Below are positions 50,780-61,091 of a DNA stretch of 64,000 bases, in pieces; the first letter of the stretch is position 1; each line of letters opens with the position of its first letter. This stretch comes from a bacterium (GTDB lineage: Bacteria > SAR324 > NAC60-12): positions 3,840,001 to 3,904,000 of the forward strand of contig OZ242383.1 of assembly GCA_965209155.1 (NCBI GenBank), written 5' to 3'. The notes beneath the pieces were generated by a model. The model had not been told where the DNA came from. It saw only the letters and a program-made list of their open reading frames with translations, and made no database searches. The translations under genes and the position numbers were made by a program.

Positions 50780-51075
50780 GTGGGGCTTCTTAATTTGGAG
50801 ACAACCAGTGAAAATGGGATTCACAGGCCTTTATAATTTGTAATTGATAAGCTTTGACAGAGAGAAAAAGAGAAGAACAATGAGTACAATCTACCCCCCC
50901 TGCGGAAGTGAGAAAGGACCTACGTGTTCGTTGGTATCGCTGTCCCATAAGCCTTAAGCCACACTTATCACCACCGCTACGCGAGGTATCCTGAAGCCGA
51001 TCGCGAAAACCTGCCCCCCTCGAAGCAGCGTTGGGTGTCAAAGTGCTGATAAAATTATTTACGATAGATTTGTTC

Positions 51076-52062
51076 TCACCACCCGGTCGCAATTTTGGCA
51101 AAGGCGGGCCCAAAACCGGTCAGTTTGACCGTTCCCAATGCCGGATCGACAAAAATATTGAACGGATTGATCATTTTATGCAAGATGCCCTGCCGGTTCA
51201 CTTCTTTCAGAATACCGATCAATGAAACCGCTATCTTCAGCGAGTCCAGCAGGTCAAGCCGGGCAGCATCCATCAGCTTTCTTAAAGGGAGCCCTTTAGT
51301 ATTTTCCAGGATCAAAGCCGATCCGTTTTCACATGCCACCAGTTCCTCTGCCCTGAGTACCCCATCAATCTCCAGATCCTGAGTGATCTCATATTCATGC
51401 CGTATTTCCGCCAACTCCTGAGCGCTCTGCTGAGGGGAAGCCGATCCCTTGATCAGAACCCAAAACCCATCGCTTTGCCGCCTACCGCGCCAAAGCCAGG
51501 TCCGCCCACTTCCAAAAATGACCTCCTCCAGCGAATACCCCGGAATCTCCGGTTTTTTCCTATCGGGAATCGTCTGCTCTTTTGTTGGCTTGGGCTGTGT
51601 TTCCATGCTTGGTCCGGTAGAGAATTCTTCCCTGGACGGTTCAGGCATATTGAAGCTTTTCAGCAGATCCTCCAGGAAGCCCTGGTCCTTTTCGATTTCG
51701 TGGATTTTTCCCAACATTCTCCGGGCAGCATGGTAATTTAATCCGATTTTTTCTGCTAATTGTTGAACCGTCGTCTCCACATTGCATGCTGCCACATAAA
51801 AAATCCCCCAAAACCAGTAACGCAGCGGAGTCCGCGTCCGGTGCATGATCGTGCCCACCGTAGCTGAGGTTTGGGAATGACATTGTTTGCATTGAAACAG
51901 TTTGCGCAGCGACACCTCATAATACTCATGATGGCCGCAGACGGGACAGACAAACCCCTGGGGCCAGCGAACTGCGAAAAGATGCTGGTGACAGCGATCA
52001 TCGGTCAAAAACCGGTTCCTATGCTGATCCAATGACGTCTGCTGAGTAAACGACATTTTCAT
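51076..52062 (-). CDS. Chimera of an IS1595-type zinc-ribbon region and a truncated Ser/Thr (pseudo)kinase domain
   Basis: RWPQGFVCPVCG, QCKQCHSQTSATVGTIMH; then IPGY...VLIK...HEYEI...HKMINPFNI...KLTGFG. Confidence 0.7.
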   Translation of the reverse strand: MKMSFTQQTSLDQHRNRFLTDDRCHQHLFAVRWPQGFVCPVCGHHEYYEVSLRKLFQCKQCHSQTSATVGTIMHRTRTPLRYWFWGIFYVAACNVETTVQQLAEKIGLNYHAARRMLGKIHEIEKDQGFLEDLLKSFNMPEPSREEFSTGPSMETQPKPTKEQTIPDRKKPEIPGYSLEEVIFGSGRTWLWRGRRQSDGFWVLIKGSASPQQSAQELAEIRHEYEITQDLEIDGVLRAEELVACENGSALILENTKGLPLRKLMDAARLDLLDSLKIAVSLIGILKEVNRQGILHKMINPFNIFVDPALGTVKLTGFGPAFAKIATGW

Positions 52063-52739
52063 GGGAATCCTTTGAGATAATAGTCAAAAATTTAGTAAAC
52101 GCAAAATCGGATACTTGCCAAAATTAACTGATTTAATGCGAACCATAGCGAATCTTCTGATTAAATGCAAGGCAGGCGTCTTTTTTGTATGACTTGGTCG
52201 ACGGGTTAATTCGATTGAAGAAATTCCAAGAGGACGAACAAATTTGGACGAAATCCGATCAATGAGTGATGAAGAAGGTCATAGAAGAGCGCTATCTGAT
52301 CCTGATTGCCAACCATCAAAAGCTGAACAATTGAGAAGATTCAAATTAGTGAAAAGGACAAAATCACAATTAATGTGAGAATTTTCCTTGTAAAATTACT
52401 ACTTAAGCGTACGATCCTGTACATGATAAAAAGTTTCCAGTACGTTTTAATGGAAGATGTGGAAATGATTAAATTATCTGCAACCAAGTTATGAAATATC
52501 CTTTTTGATTTTTCAGATAAAGCATCGGTTGGAGAGACCAACGTTTTCCAACGAAATAAGCAAGAAGTGGCTCGTCTTGTTTGTACCTATAAAGAGACTG
52601 ATGTTTCCCAAATTCAGTGATGGGTCAAGGAGGCTCATCAAATCGTTCGACTTTCATAAAAGTGTATCTCTATAAAATATCTCGTGAGAACAAACGTCAT
52701 AATGTTTAAAAAAACAATTAACATTTATAGGAGGCGAAA

Positions 52740-52982
52740 ATGCAAACACTGACGACCAGCGAAGCCAGATCAAATTTATCCCGTATTCTTGATGAAGTAG
52801 CGAATTCGCATACTCCCATAACGATTACAGGCAAAAGGGCAAATGGAGTTTTGGTTTCAGAAGAAGATTGGAACGCGATTCAAGAAACTTTATATCTAAT
52901 TTCTATTCCAGGTATGCGTGAGTCAATAAAAGAAGGACTGAAAACCCCCATTGATAAATGTTCAAATGAGTTGAGCTGGTGA
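52740..52982 (+). CDS. Phd/YefM antitoxin
   Basis: EARSNL, VLVSEEDWNAIQETLYL. Confidence 0.9.
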   Translation: MQTLTTSEARSNLSRILDEVANSHTPITITGKRANGVLVSEEDWNAIQETLYLISIPGMRESIKEGLKTPIDKCSNELSW

Positions 52983-53240
52983 ACTGGAAAGTTTTCTATA
53001 CAAAGCAAGCTCAAAGGGATGCAAAAAAATAGCCAAGGCCGGACTCAAAGAAAAAGCTCAAAATCTCATTGAAATCCTACAAGAGAATCCTTACCAAAAT
53101 CCGCCTGCCTTTGAAAAATTGATTGGAAATCTTGATGGGGCATATTCAAGACGTATTAATTTTCAACATCGTCTCGTTTACCAAATCGTAAAGAGAAAAA
53201 AATATGTCAAAGTGATTAGAATGTGGACCATTATGAATAG
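52979..53240 (+). pseudogene. Txe/YoeB toxin with two frameshifts
   Basis: MNWKVFYTKQAQRDAKK (shift) ...NPYQNPPAFEKLIGNLDGAYSRRINFQHRLVY...RMWT (shift) YE*. Confidence 0.85.
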
Positions 53241-53354
53241 AAATCTCCAACGTAAAACGGTCGAATAAAAGGTAAACTCTTGCGCATTGCGTCATGTTGT
53301 GAAAGAAGAATTATATGAAAAAAAATTATCATGTAAATAATTTTGAATCAGAAA

Positions 53355-53879
53355 ATGAAATTTGAAGACATAGATTGGGAAAGCTGGCAACCTGAAGACA
53401 TGGCCACTTTGCTATTTATCATTGTGGATGATCATATTCTGATGATTCATAAAAAGGTCGGTTTGGGTGCCGGAAAAATCAATGGTCCCGGAGGACGGTT
53501 GGAGCCAGGAGAAACTCCTTACGAGGCAGCAATCAGGGAAGTGCAAGAAGAAATATGTATAACTCCTTGCGGAGTCACGCAAGTGGGGGAGTTGCGCTTT
53601 CAATTCATGGATGGTTACTCGATTCATGGGTTCGTATTCAAAGCAAATGGTTTTATGGGAGAATTACAGGAAACGGAAGAAGCCATCCCTATTTGGTTTC
53701 CCACAGACCAGCTACCTTATGAAAAGATGTGGGCTGATGATCGGCTTTGGATGCCCTTGTTACTGACAGGAAAATCTTTCGATGGCCGTTTTTTGTTTGA
53801 CAAAGAGGATATGCTGGGACACCGGGTAGCGATACTCGACCAGACGTTATACCGGACTTCTACAGCAAATTTTTGTTGA
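53355..53879 (+). CDS. Nudix hydrolase (8-oxo-dGTP diphosphatase-like)
   Basis: GGRLEPGETPYEAAIREVQEE, MWADD; alternative TTG start at 53343. Confidence 0.9.
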   Translation: MKFEDIDWESWQPEDMATLLFIIVDDHILMIHKKVGLGAGKINGPGGRLEPGETPYEAAIREVQEEICITPCGVTQVGELRFQFMDGYSIHGFVFKANGFMGELQETEEAIPIWFPTDQLPYEKMWADDRLWMPLLLTGKSFDGRFLFDKEDMLGHRVAILDQTLYRTSTANFC

Positions 53880-53936
53880 CATTCAAAGGTAATTTCTGGA
53901 ATATTGCCAACACTCCATTACCTGAGAGAGACGTCT

Positions 53937-55376
53937 ATGAATTCAATACCTGAAGGTTTGATTATAGTCAGTAAACGGGATTGTCCGACCTGTACCTTGA
54001 TCGAACCGGTTTATCACCAGTTGGCCTCTGACAAGACACCATTGACCATTTTTACCCAAGACGACCCCGCTTTTCCTGCCGGAATAGATTGCGTAGTGGC
54101 CGATAGCACATTGGAACATTCTTTTCGTCTGAATATCGAGACGGTTCCTACCTTGATTCGGGTGGATCAAGGACGTGAAGTAGAACGGTTGGTGGGGTGG
54201 CACAAGGCCGAATGGCAGGCCTTCACCGGAAATTCCTCGCTTGGGGAAGGTCTACCCGACTTTCGCGCAGGATGTGGTTCCTTGAGCGTGGAACCCGGTA
54301 TTGCGGACGAACTCGCCTTGCGTTTTGGTGAAACCAAGATGAATGCTCGCAGGATTACGGTTTCCGTTTTGGAAGATGAAATGGAGGCTTGTTTTGACCG
54401 GGGATGGTGCGATGGTTTGCCGGTTATTCCACCCACCGAAATTCGAGTGTATCGCATGCTACAAGGCACGACACGGGGACCCGATGAAGTAGTGGGAGTT
54501 ATCCCTCCCAACCGGATTCCTTGCACTGTGGAAAAAGTGGCGATCAATGCGGTATTGGCAGGTTGCAAACCAGAATACATGCCTGTCGTTCTGACAGCAG
54601 TGGAAGCGGCTTGCATGGAAGAATTTTGTATGCATGGGTTGTTGTGTACCACATATTTTTCCGGTCCCGTTGTGATTGTCAGTGGACCTGTTGCCAAAGC
54701 GATTGGCATGAATTCGGGAATCAATGCCCTGGGCCAAGGGAATCGTGCCAATGCGACGATCGGAAGGGCGCTTCAATTGGTCATTCGTAATGTGGGAGGG
54801 GGAAGACCTGGAAAAATTGACCGCGCCGCATTAGGAAATCCGGGGAAATTCACCTTTTGTTTTGCCGAAAATCTGGAAGGGAGCGCTTGGGATTCACTTT
54901 CGGAAGAACGAGGATTTGAAGAAGGGGCTTCCACCGTAACTCTTTTTGCTGGCGACGGCGTTCAAGGAGTGATGGATCAACTTTCCCGTCAGCCTGAATC
55001 ACTGGCCTTGTCATTGGCGCATTCACTGCGAACTGTCGTGAACTACAAACTGGCAATGTCGGCCGATGCATTTCTGGTCATTTCTCCTGAGCACAGTCGG
55101 GTATTCGAGCAAGCAGGATGGAGCAAGACCAGAGTAAAAGAAGAAATCAATCAATTGCTTCAGCTTCCCGGTAGCGAAACGATTCGGGGGGTTGGAGGAA
55201 ATTCAGAAGGAATGCCAGAGCGATTTGTAAGCCAGGTGATTCCTAAATTCAGACCAGGGGGTCTGAACATTGTTCGTGCCGGAGGCAAGGCAGGCCTATT
55301 TTCCGCCATCATAGGTGGATGGGTGGCAAGCGGACCCAAAGGCAGTACACCCGTCACCAAGGAGATTTTACTATGA
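53937..55376 (+). CDS. Thioredoxin-fold (CPTC) fusion protein, partner of the UGSC protein
   Basis: KRDCPTC, ETVPTL, GCGS, GWCDGLPVIPPT, TVEKVAINAVLAGC, GNRANATIGRAL. Confidence 0.8.
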   Translation: MNSIPEGLIIVSKRDCPTCTLIEPVYHQLASDKTPLTIFTQDDPAFPAGIDCVVADSTLEHSFRLNIETVPTLIRVDQGREVERLVGWHKAEWQAFTGNSSLGEGLPDFRAGCGSLSVEPGIADELALRFGETKMNARRITVSVLEDEMEACFDRGWCDGLPVIPPTEIRVYRMLQGTTRGPDEVVGVIPPNRIPCTVEKVAINAVLAGCKPEYMPVVLTAVEAACMEEFCMHGLLCTTYFSGPVVIVSGPVAKAIGMNSGINALGQGNRANATIGRALQLVIRNVGGGRPGKIDRAALGNPGKFTFCFAENLEGSAWDSLSEERGFEEGASTVTLFAGDGVQGVMDQLSRQPESLALSLAHSLRTVVNYKLAMSADAFLVISPEHSRVFEQAGWSKTRVKEEINQLLQLPGSETIRGVGGNSEGMPERFVSQVIPKFRPGGLNIVRAGGKAGLFSAIIGGWVASGPKGSTPVTKEILL

Positions 55377-55906
55377 CTGCAAAACGAATATTCCTCGATC
55401 CCACATCAGAGCATACGCCTGCCAAGCAGGATCGCCTTGTTCGTCCGACTTCATTGAAAGGCTTGACGATTGGATTGTTGGACATTTCCAAAGCGAAAGG
55501 AAATGTTTTTTTAGATCAAGTGGAATTGCAGTTGAATGAACGAGGATTAAAAGTCAAACGTTATCAAAAACCTACCTTTGCACGCATTGCACCTGATGAG
55601 ATCAAACAATCGATCACGGCGGAATGCGACGTGATTGTGGAAGCCTTAGCCGATTGAGGTTCTTGTACATCGTGTAGTGTACACGATATTGTCGATTTGG
55701 AAAAGCGTGGTATCCCAGGGGTATTTATCGCATCGACTGAATTTGAAGACGCCGCTGTCAGCCAAGCTTCCGCATTGGGACGCGATCCGGCGGTGGTTTT
55801 AGTTCCGCATCCCATCCAGGATCGTAGTGATGAAGAGGTTCGGGTACTTGCCAATAATGCTATTGAACCCATCCTGGCATCGATCAGCGCTCAACCTACA
55901 CTATAA
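55373..55906 (+). CDS. UGSC-family selenoprotein (Sec at 55655-55657), 177 aa
   Basis: In-frame TGA reads ALAD-U-GSCTSCSVHD; ORFs 55319-55657 and 55697-55906 share one frame; SECIS-like hairpin follows; ATGA coupling to the upstream gene. Confidence 0.85.
55664..55683 (+). promoter_or_regulatory. Candidate bacterial SECIS element
   Basis: TGTACAT-CGTGTA-GTGTACA stem-loop starting 7 nt after the UGA, with G in the apical loop. Confidence 0.55.
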
Positions 55907-55922
55907 ATAAAGGAGAATACGG

Positions 55923-56393
55923 ATGTCGCTCGAAAAAGCTTTACAAGACTTGACGGACAAAATCGGAACGGAAACGCGAGTCAGTGATTGGGTGGAAGTT
56001 ACACAGGAACGGGTCAATCGATTTGCCGATGCCACCGGAGATCATCAATGGATCCATGTGGACGTGGAACGCGCGAAAAAGGAATCACCATTCGGTACAA
56101 CAATAGCCCATGGATATTTTACGCTCTCTCTTCTTCCTTTTCTTGCAGGTGTGGGGGAACAAGTCCATGCGGACTACGGAGTGAAAATGGGAGTTAATTA
56201 TGGGTGCAACCGGCTACGGTTCCCCCACCCGGTTCCAGTGGGTTCCAAAGTACGTTTGCGAACGATACTGAAAAGTGTCGAAGCCGTTGAAGGCCAAAAT
56301 GCCCTGCACCTGATCCAAGAAAATACTATTGAAATCGAAGGGGCCGTAAAACCGGCCTGCGTGGTTGAATCCATTTCACGTATGTATTTCTGA
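55923..56393 (+). CDS. MaoC family dehydratase
   Basis: FADATGDHQWIHVD, IAHGY, NYGCNRLRF. Confidence 0.9.
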   Translation: MSLEKALQDLTDKIGTETRVSDWVEVTQERVNRFADATGDHQWIHVDVERAKKESPFGTTIAHGYFTLSLLPFLAGVGEQVHADYGVKMGVNYGCNRLRFPHPVPVGSKVRLRTILKSVEAVEGQNALHLIQENTIEIEGAVKPACVVESISRMYF

Positions 56394-56418
56394 GAGATCG
56401 TCTTTTCTTCGAGAGAAA

Positions 56419-57330
56419 ATGCGAATATCCGTTTTTTTCACTTTCTTTCTCTTGACGAATTCCCTGTTATTCTTCGAATTACAAGGAGCAGATACAAAAT
56501 CATCAATCTCCTCGTACCAGTGTCCGCAATCTCCTCCAAATCATGGGTCTGTGGGTTTTGAAAAGACCTACCAAAATATGCCCTTCCAAGTCGGAGAAAA
56601 AGCGGTTTACAAGATTTGGTTTATCGGCCTGCTGGCAGGCCACTTCGTGATGGAGGTGAAAAAGCCAGTCAAACGCAATGGTATCTGGTACATGCATTTT
56701 TTTTCCGAATTGAAGTCAGACAGGTCTTACGAAAGCTTTTTTCGAGTCAATGATTCGATGATTTCTTATTCCGACCCGGTTGATTTTCGAATCTCCAAAT
56801 TTACATTCAAACAGGATGAATGGAGTTTGATTTCCGACCATGTCCGCCAGATCAAACACCTGGAATTCGATCACGAAAACTGCCGGGTGCGGGAACTGGT
56901 ATACATCAACGAGAAGGAAACTCAGAAGCAGGAATTCGAATTGCATTACGGAGCGAAAGACAGCCTGGGAATGATTTATTATTTACGCTCTCTCTCCTAT
57001 AAAGTGGGCAGGCAGGAACGTACTCTGGTCTACTCTTCCAAAAAGAACTGGTGGTTGGAAGCCACTCCGGTGGCAAAAGAAACGATTGCAATTTCAGCAG
57101 GAAAATTCAATACCATTAAATTGAAGTTATTGACTTACATCGGCATGGACTTGCAACAGCAAGGAGACCTTTATATTTGGATTGCCGAAACCCGGAACCG
57201 ACCCGTCGTGAAAATTCAAGGGAAGCTGGCTATTGGTAGTCTCTTGTTCGAACTAATGGAATATCAAGAAGGGAGGGAACTGGAAATTTCCGAATCTGAA
57301 GAAGTATTAACTGAGGAAAACGTCAATTGA
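56419..57330 (+). CDS. DUF3108-like exported protein
   Basis: Signal peptide, PFQVGE, D.LGMIYYLR, ETIAISAGKF, IWI. Confidence 0.65.
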   Translation: MRISVFFTFFLLTNSLLFFELQGADTKSSISSYQCPQSPPNHGSVGFEKTYQNMPFQVGEKAVYKIWFIGLLAGHFVMEVKKPVKRNGIWYMHFFSELKSDRSYESFFRVNDSMISYSDPVDFRISKFTFKQDEWSLISDHVRQIKHLEFDHENCRVRELVYINEKETQKQEFELHYGAKDSLGMIYYLRSLSYKVGRQERTLVYSSKKNWWLEATPVAKETIAISAGKFNTIKLKLLTYIGMDLQQQGDLYIWIAETRNRPVVKIQGKLAIGSLLFELMEYQEGRELEISESEEVLTEENVN

Positions 57331-60300
57331 GGAACCGAGTTTTCAATATCTCCTCAAAATTTGAATTTCTCAGTCGCTCGCAATCGGATTCGGTCACATA
57401 AAAATAATCATTGACGTGGGTTCCAGTCGTGGTAATCAGAGTCTGTTGAACAGCTACCCCAACCTGGTCAAAAGCCTCCGATAACTTGTAAAATAAAAGT
57501 GGAGCATCCTGAGTGGTTATTTTCACTACCCGGAAATCCCGGTTTTGTCGGGTGAAATTACCATTTTGTTGGACAACCTCATAACCTTTGTTATCATTTT
57601 CCAGGAATTCCAAATGCAATTTAGACTGGTACAATACCCGAGTCAAGGGTTCATGGTCAAGAACAGGTAGAGTTCCAGTGGAGATGTTTTCTTCCAGTTT
57701 TTTGGCAAATACCATATTCTGGGTGATTCCGTTCGCTTCAAAGTAATAACAATAAGCCACTCGTCCATCTTCAAACAAGATCTTGTTCATTTTCGCCATA
57801 CGAATGTTGATATTTTGAATGCTCATTCCATAGGCGACCCGATGGAGGATTTTTGGCCGGTTGTGGACAAAAATCAGGGTGCCAACGACCTTGCCATGTG
57901 GAGTGACCACGGTACTGAAGATGGAACGCTTTTCAAATTCGGCAAACTCTAAGACTTTTTGCCACAACACGTCCGGAGATTGACCCAGCAAATAACGATT
58001 GGGAAAAGTAGTGAAGAACCAGTTGAAGATGGGTTGAATATCCTCTGTTAGTTTGAGTAGAGTTTCCCCGCTTACATATTGGTTGATGCTTCGAGTCAAT
58101 TTTTCCGTATACTGCTCGACCCCTTTTTCATCCAGGCTGCCCATTTTCAGGTAGCGCCAGTATAATTCCCAATCCTTTTTTACGACCTGCAATCGTTCGT
58201 ATTCTCTGGAATTGATCTTTGAAAGCGGTTCTATGAGAGCTTGATTCAAACCTTCATTGAGACTTCGATGAATCAACATGTTGATGCGGGTGGCGGATTC
58301 CAGGGATTTTTTTTGATTGTCTAAATAAATATTGATCAATTCAATGGGATTTTTCGTTTCAGAGGACATGCGGATCTCAATGTACGCATGATAAGCTTCG
58401 TTAAAAAACGTTCGCAAATTTTTTGTGTCTTTGGCAGTGGATTCACTAACAGCGCTGTAATCAGAAATGTTTATGAGGAAAAGAAGGATCATACGGATTA
58501 AATCACGATCTGCCATTTCAAAAGAACGTTGCAGGGCTTGATCGAAATAGGTGGAGGTTTTGCTCAATTCCACGAAGGTCATATGATGAAATATCAAAAG
58601 ACTGACCAGGTTGAACAACTCTTCGTCTTGATAGCCCAGTCGTTCCAATGCATGTACGGCAATACTGGTACCGGATTCCTGGTGTTTTGTTTTGGGGTCG
58701 ATTTTTCCGACATCGTGAAATAATATACCCCACTTGAGCGCGAGCAGGTGTTTCGGTCGCAGGAAATGAAACAAGTCCGTGTAATTTTTTTTCAGATATT
58801 CGAGTTCTATGCGCGAATTTTCCAATGCCTTCAGCGTATGTTCGCAGACAGTGTATTGATGGTAATTCAAGTTACGCAGTAAAAAACGCATCTGATTGCA
58901 TTCTGGAATAAAGCGTCCAATCAAAGTGTCGGTTTCTGCGGCCGCATGGGAAGGGTCGTAAATTTCAAACATTGTGCGCAGGGCTTGAGCGACATGGGGA
59001 GAAAGCATGATCTTGGTAAAGCGATCCTGTATTTCAAATCGATGGGCTTCAATGACTTCCGCAGTAATCGTGTGAACGACATTCGACATTTCATCTTTGA
59101 GTTCGCTTGATAGACAGTATCCGGAATTGCCGATATATATGAACAGGTCCAGCAACATGGTAGGATTGCTGAAAACGAGGGATAGCGGGATTTGCGGCAA
59201 CCCTTCAATCGCTCGGATTTCTATTATACGTTGTTGTCTCAGATTGACAGTTGCTTGAAAATTAGAAAATGTGCGTACTATATTGCGATCCAGCAAATTA
59301 TTGAGGATCATTTCTGACAATTCCTGTACTTTAAAAACAATGCGCAAGCGAAAACGGTCGAATTCATCGAAATTTTTAAATCGATTTTTCTTCAGTAAAT
59401 ACAATTTTTCCAGATTGTCGGAAATCACATTACTTTGCCAATCCTCCGGGCGAATGCCTGCGCTCTTGGCTTCTTCATCGTAATAAAATTTCTCAGTAGC
59501 TCCCACAAAATTCCGTAAATCGTACAACAACTCCAATGCCTGGGACAGTTCTAATGTTTGTCGTGGCGAAAGAATGTGTTTTTCAATCAATAAGGCCAGC
59601 AATTCAGCAGTTTGACTGGAAAAGATACCTAAAGTAGCCGCCGCAATCCAAAGTGGAATTTGTAAGGTGCGTAATCCTCCGAACTCCTCTTTGAGGTCCA
59701 TTTTATTTAACTCGGGTCGGTCTGCGGACTGGTAAGTATGAAGTTTACTGAGTACGTAGGACTCATAAGGTAGGAATTCAAAGAAACGCTGTTTCAAACG
59801 CACCATCAATTCGTCATTACCCAACAAGCTCCGACTTTCTAGAATAGAAGGAATGGTATGCAGCGTCTCCGGTTGGGTAAAGCGTGACAAATCTTCATCG
59901 ATTTCAAAATATTGATGGGCTGTTTCGATACCAGTTTGATTGAGTAAATATTCGAGGCGGATGATGAATTGCTTGAGTAATTCAAATTCTCCCACATTGA
60001 GGCGTTGAGGGTTCAAACAATATCCCACGTCTCGGTCCGATGAAAAGCTCAGTTCTCCTCGTCCATATCCTCCCCTGGCAAAAATAACCATGCATTCCAG
60101 AATGTGTTGCGGGTCCAGATACCATTTCTGAAGCAAAGTCAATTGTTCCTGCAACTGTTTGATTTTTTGACGATACTCTTCAATTTCCTCTTCCAGGTTC
60201 CTATGAATTTCCTGGTAATAGACTCGCTCAGAGATGTTTCCATGTTCTTCCGGAACGGTGTCCAGGTGACTCGCCAGGATAGAAAGTTTTTCTTCTTTTT

Positions 60301-60715
60301 CGGGGAGGACACGTTTTTTGAATGCCAGTTCTTTTTGCGATTCAATGACTTGAATGTCTTTCAGAATCGGCAAGTCATCGAGAGTAAAATCAAAGGCAAC
60401 GTGGATGATGCTATCCATCAGATGCGCATTTTGGGTTAAAATTTCAAAAGAATGTACAGCTTCTAAATTGGCTTTCGCGATTTTTTTTGTTTGCTCTTCA
60501 AAATAGGAAGATACGACTTGTCGGAAGATTTTTTCTCTTTCAACAATATAGGTGTTCGTCTGAGATCCTTCACACTGTGGTTGCACTCCAGGCAGTTCGC
60601 TTTTCAGGAGGTGTTTCAGCGCATTGATGTGGTTGTCCCTCAATTCTGTTTGTTCCATCAGGCAGAATTGCCGTAGAAAAGGATAGAGTTCAACAGGCGC
60701 GTATAAATTATTCAC
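57323..60715 (-). CDS. GlnD-like [protein-PII] uridylyltransferase family protein (NTase, HD, ACT), extended
   Basis: GGYGRGELSFSSDRD, DLKEEFGGLR, YHQYTVCEH, LFHDVGK, C-terminal ACT-like domain; GTG start inferred at 60715. Confidence 0.8.
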   Translation of the reverse strand: MNNLYAPVELYPFLRQFCLMEQTELRDNHINALKHLLKSELPGVQPQCEGSQTNTYIVEREKIFRQVVSSYFEEQTKKIAKANLEAVHSFEILTQNAHLMDSIIHVAFDFTLDDLPILKDIQVIESQKELAFKKRVLPEKEEKLSILASHLDTVPEEHGNISERVYYQEIHRNLEEEIEEYRQKIKQLQEQLTLLQKWYLDPQHILECMVIFARGGYGRGELSFSSDRDVGYCLNPQRLNVGEFELLKQFIIRLEYLLNQTGIETAHQYFEIDEDLSRFTQPETLHTIPSILESRSLLGNDELMVRLKQRFFEFLPYESYVLSKLHTYQSADRPELNKMDLKEEFGGLRTLQIPLWIAAATLGIFSSQTAELLALLIEKHILSPRQTLELSQALELLYDLRNFVGATEKFYYDEEAKSAGIRPEDWQSNVISDNLEKLYLLKKNRFKNFDEFDRFRLRIVFKVQELSEMILNNLLDRNIVRTFSNFQATVNLRQQRIIEIRAIEGLPQIPLSLVFSNPTMLLDLFIYIGNSGYCLSSELKDEMSNVVHTITAEVIEAHRFEIQDRFTKIMLSPHVAQALRTMFEIYDPSHAAAETDTLIGRFIPECNQMRFLLRNLNYHQYTVCEHTLKALENSRIELEYLKKNYTDLFHFLRPKHLLALKWGILFHDVGKIDPKTKHQESGTSIAVHALERLGYQDEELFNLVSLLIFHHMTFVELSKTSTYFDQALQRSFEMADRDLIRMILLFLINISDYSAVSESTAKDTKNLRTFFNEAYHAYIEIRMSSETKNPIELINIYLDNQKKSLESATRINMLIHRSLNEGLNQALIEPLSKINSREYERLQVVKKDWELYWRYLKMGSLDEKGVEQYTEKLTRSINQYVSGETLLKLTEDIQPIFNWFFTTFPNRYLLGQSPDVLWQKVLEFAEFEKRSIFSTVVTPHGKVVGTLIFVHNRPKILHRVAYGMSIQNINIRMAKMNKILFEDGRVAYCYYFEANGITQNMVFAKKLEENISTGTLPVLDHEPLTRVLYQSKLHLEFLENDNKGYEVVQQNGNFTRQNRDFRVVKITTQDAPLLFYKLSEAFDQVGVAVQQTLITTTGTHVNDYFYVTESDCERLRNSNFEEILKTRFLN

Positions 60716-61091
60716 TGAATTTTCCTTTGAGGACAGTGGAGAAAATTCGAATTTTTTGATAAATACGATTGTGGGAAATAAAAAAATATGAGAGAGAAAT
60801 TCAAAAAATGCATTCTGGAGATTCGATGGATTATAGCATATAATTATTTCAATAGAAATTGAATCCATGTTGTTGTCGGGAACATATCCTATTTGAAACA
60901 AACCATTTCTCAGGAGTGATAAATGGGAGCTAAAAATTTCAAATTTCAAAAAGGATTGGAAGAAGGAGATTTGAGCCTGGATGACCTCGATGCGAGTGGA
61001 AGGCGGTACGGGTGTTGGATCGACAAAAAAAAGAAGAAATCTGCAAACCTCCAGTCGAATTTAGTGAAATTCAATGGCCCCGAGTCTGAAA

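Noticed and set aside
52215..52375. Possible antitoxin relic (GRTNLDEIRSMSDEEGHRRALSDPDCQP)
   Set aside because: Short, no clear start and only a weak resemblance; cannot be supported without a search.
60716..60949. N-terminal extensions given by the ORF track (also on fbiC, both binding proteins, Gfo/Idh/MocA and PhyH 49631)
   Set aside because: Intergenic-like composition; better starts with an RBS lie downstream.
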